Positions 61,579-64,000 of a stretch of DNA of 64,000 nucleotides are shown one piece after another. The position numbers and the translations under genes were made by a program. This DNA comes from an uncultured Actinomycetota bacterium (GTDB lineage: Bacteria; Actinomycetota; Actinomycetes; Propionibacteriales; Nocardioidaceae), in the NCBI GenBank assembly GCA_963798045.1, contig CAWCSB010000022.1, positions 169,005-233,004 of the forward strand. Reading direction: 5' to 3'. The notes below the pieces were generated by a model, which worked only from the letters and a program-made list of their open reading frames with translations, did no database searches and was not told where the DNA came from. Positions within the stretch are counted from its first letter, which is position 1. Each line of letters starts with the position of its first letter.

Positions 61579-62778
61579 ATGGTGACCCTGGCGGACGTCG
61601 AGGCGGCCCGCGAGGTGATCCGCGACGTCGCGATCGTGACCCCCATGGAGCAGTCGCGCTGGCTCTCCGACCTGGTCGGCGGGCAGGTCTGGCTCAAGTG
61701 CGAGAACCTCCAGCGCACCGGCTCGTTCAAGATCCGCGGCGGCTACGTGCGGATCTCGCGGCTGACCCCCGAGGAGCGGGCCCGCGGCGTCGTGGCGGCC
61801 TCGGCCGGCAACCACGCCCAGGGGGTCGCGCTCGCCGCGCAGCTGCTCGGCATCAAGTCCACGGTGTTCATGCCCGAGGGTGCGCCGATCCCGAAGGAGC
61901 GGGCGACCCGGGCGTACGGCGCCGACGTGGTCTTCGAGGGAAACGTGCTCGAGGAGTCACTGGCCGGGGCCCGGCGGTTCGCCGACGAGACCGGGGCGGT
62001 GCTGATCCACCCGTTCGACCACGTCGACATCGTGGCCGGGCAGGGCACCCTGGGTCTTGAAGTGCTCGAGCAGGCGCCCGACGTGCAGACGGTGCTGGTG
62101 CCGACCGGCGGCGGCGGACTCCTGGGCGGGGTGGCCCTGGCGATCAAGGCGCTCCGGCCCGACGTACGCGTCATCGGCGTGCAGGCGGCCGGCGCCGCGG
62201 CGTACCCGGACTCGCTGGCGCACGGGTCACCGGTCCAGCTCCCGTCGATGAAGACGATGGCCGACGGCATCGCGGTCGGCCTGCCCGGCGACATCCCGTT
62301 CGCCGAGGTGCGCAACCACGTCGACGAGATCCGCACCGTCTCCGAGGAGTCGCTCTCGCGGGCCCTGCTGGCGCTGGTCGAACGCGCCAAGATGGTGGTG
62401 GAGCCCGCCGGAGCCGCTGCCGTGGCCGCGCTGCTGGACTCCCCGCAGGACTTCGCCGGGCCTGTGGTGGCCGTGCTCTCCGGCGGCAACATCGACCCGC
62501 TGCTGCTCGGCAAGGTGATCCGGCACGGCATGGCCTCGGCCGGCCGCTACCTCAACCTGCACGTCACCATCCCGGACAGCCCGGGTGGCCTGGCCCGGTT
62601 GCTCACCGAGGTGGGGGCGAACGGCGCCAACGTGCTCGAGGTGATGCACGAGCGGATCTCGCCGACCCTGCTGCTCGACGAGGTCGAGGTGCAGCTGCAG
62701 CTGGAGACCCGCGGCCCGCAGCACTCCGAGCAGGTGCTGGCCCGGCTCCGCGAGCGCGGCTACCGGGTCATCGAATAA
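61579..62778 (+). CDS. ilvA: Threonine ammonia-lyase with ACT domain
   Basis: KCENLQRTGSFKIRG, SAGNHAQG, GGGGL. Confidence 0.95.
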   Translation: MVTLADVEAAREVIRDVAIVTPMEQSRWLSDLVGGQVWLKCENLQRTGSFKIRGGYVRISRLTPEERARGVVAASAGNHAQGVALAAQLLGIKSTVFMPEGAPIPKERATRAYGADVVFEGNVLEESLAGARRFADETGAVLIHPFDHVDIVAGQGTLGLEVLEQAPDVQTVLVPTGGGGLLGGVALAIKALRPDVRVIGVQAAGAAAYPDSLAHGSPVQLPSMKTMADGIAVGLPGDIPFAEVRNHVDEIRTVSEESLSRALLALVERAKMVVEPAGAAAVAALLDSPQDFAGPVVAVLSGGNIDPLLLGKVIRHGMASAGRYLNLHVTIPDSPGGLARLLTEVGANGANVLEVMHERISPTLLLDEVEVQLQLETRGPQHSEQVLARLRERGYRVIE

Positions 62779-63288
62779 CTAGGCCTTGTAGGGCACGGCC
62801 GAGACGACCTCGACCTTGTTGGTGCGGCCGTTGGGGCCGGTGAACTCGACCACGCTGCCGGTCTCGGCGCCGAGCAGTGCCGCGCCAAGCGGTGCCTGGG
62901 GCGAGAACACGGTGAGGCCGTCGACGTACTCCTCGTTCTCGCGGGCGCCGAGCAGGATCGTCTCCGCCTCGTCGTCCTTGTCGCCCTCGAACTTGTAGGT
63001 CACGACCTTGCCGGCGGCCACGACACCGTCATCGACGGGGACGGTGGTCTCGGCATTCAGCAGCACGTGCTCGAGCTGGCGGATCTGGCCCTCGAGCTTG
63101 CCCTGCTCCTCGCGGGCGGCGTGGTAGCCGCCGTTCTCACTGAGGTCGCCCTCTTCGCGCGCGGAGCTGATCCGGCCGACGATGTGCTGGCGGCGGGGAC
63201 CCTTCATGTCCTCCAGCTCCGCGGTCAGCTCGTCGAAGGCCTTCTGGGTCAGCCAGATGGGGCCCTGCTGCTCGGTCTGCTGAGTCAT
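62779..63288 (-). CDS. greA: Transcription elongation factor GreA
   Basis: AREEGDLSENGGYHAA, SPQAPLG. Confidence 0.95.
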   Translation of the reverse strand: MTQQTEQQGPIWLTQKAFDELTAELEDMKGPRRQHIVGRISSAREEGDLSENGGYHAAREEQGKLEGQIRQLEHVLLNAETTVPVDDGVVAAGKVVTYKFEGDKDDEAETILLGARENEEYVDGLTVFSPQAPLGAALLGAETGSVVEFTGPNGRTNKVEVVSAVPYKA

Positions 63289-63488
63289 GGGTGTACTCCT
63301 GCGCGGTATCTCGATGGATCGGTAGGGCGTACCCGAACAGATCGGGGTTCACGCCGTTCTCGCTGGATTCGTCCTGGCGGCTGTCGGTGCCTGCGGCTGG
63401 GGGCGTCGCGGGACGAACAGACCGGCAAGTCTAGCCGTGAAGCGCCTCAGGACTAAGTCGAAGCGCGCTCAGGACGAGAATGCGGAGG

Positions 63489-63908
63489 TCAGCGGGGCCG
63501 ATCCTGGCCCGGAGCGGTGCACCCGATCGACTCCACCGAGGTCGCGCGGCGCTCGGTCTTGATCGTCTCCACCTGGCGCCGCCCCTGGCTCGGATCGGGG
63601 GTGAAGGTGAGCTCGCCGACCGTGGTGTGGTCCTCGGCGTACGCGCGGAGGGTGCACGACGCCTTCACGTCCTCGCTGTCGAGGCTGACCACGAGCACAG
63701 CGGTGACGGTGTGGTCGTCCTCGACCGAGAAGGTCTCGAGCTCGGAGGTGACCCGCGGGGTCGCGTGCTCGTAGACGGTCCAGGCGAGCCAGGCCAGGAA
63801 CGCCACCGCGAGCGCCACCGAGACGGTGATCAGCGCGCGCCGCCGCCAGGGTGCGGGCGCGCCGTAGCGCTCCGTCATCTGGTCGACCGGGGTGTCCTGC
63901 GCGCTCAC
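63489..63908 (-). CDS. DUF4307 membrane protein
   Basis: N-terminal TM, CTLRA..VG; usual neighbour of greA. Confidence 0.8.
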   Translation of the reverse strand: MSAQDTPVDQMTERYGAPAPWRRRALITVSVALAVAFLAWLAWTVYEHATPRVTSELETFSVEDDHTVTAVLVVSLDSEDVKASCTLRAYAEDHTTVGELTFTPDPSQGRRQVETIKTERRATSVESIGCTAPGQDRPR

Positions 63909-64000
63909 CCCGTAAGCCTCGCACTCAGGGAGCCTCGGTCGACACCCAGGCGACGACCGGCCCGCCCAGGCGGCACGCTGGCTGCGTTGCCGACGCTCGA

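Noticed and set aside
63289-63488. ncRNA upstream of greA
   Set aside because: No convincing structure or known motif could be supported by eye.

Overview
High-GC actinobacterial chromosome segment, most likely Nocardioides-like (inferred from gene order, leaderless genes and repeat families). 1-13.35 kb is the right part of a Wzx/Wzy-type polysaccharide cluster that runs off the left edge. It holds four sulfotransferases of two types, an APH-like kinase, two chain-length/co-polymerase proteins, a split Alg14/Alg13 glycosyltransferase, a GT2, a GH26-like Tat lipoprotein and a LamG lipoprotein. This is the strongest candidate for an undescribed system: a sulfated, glycosaminoglycan-like exopolysaccharide. 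Next come two damaged serpin genes, the core block mfd-mazG-eno-divIC-DUF501-ppx, udgB and a short-variable-arm tRNA-Leu(UAA). The rest is accessory and metabolic genes (endoglycoceramidase, cbs, DUF35/thiolase with a KstR-like operator, AAA+/vWA pair, Tat molybdoenzyme, msrA, metB, glmL, ilvA, greA). Non-coding structure includes a REP-like family (one copy inserted in frame in a CDS), two related MITE-like elements sitting on -10 boxes, and SigH/SigR-type promoters. Several frameshifts, including one in divIC, suggest indel errors in the assembly, so pseudogene calls are tentative. All family assignments come from motifs read by eye, not from database searches.
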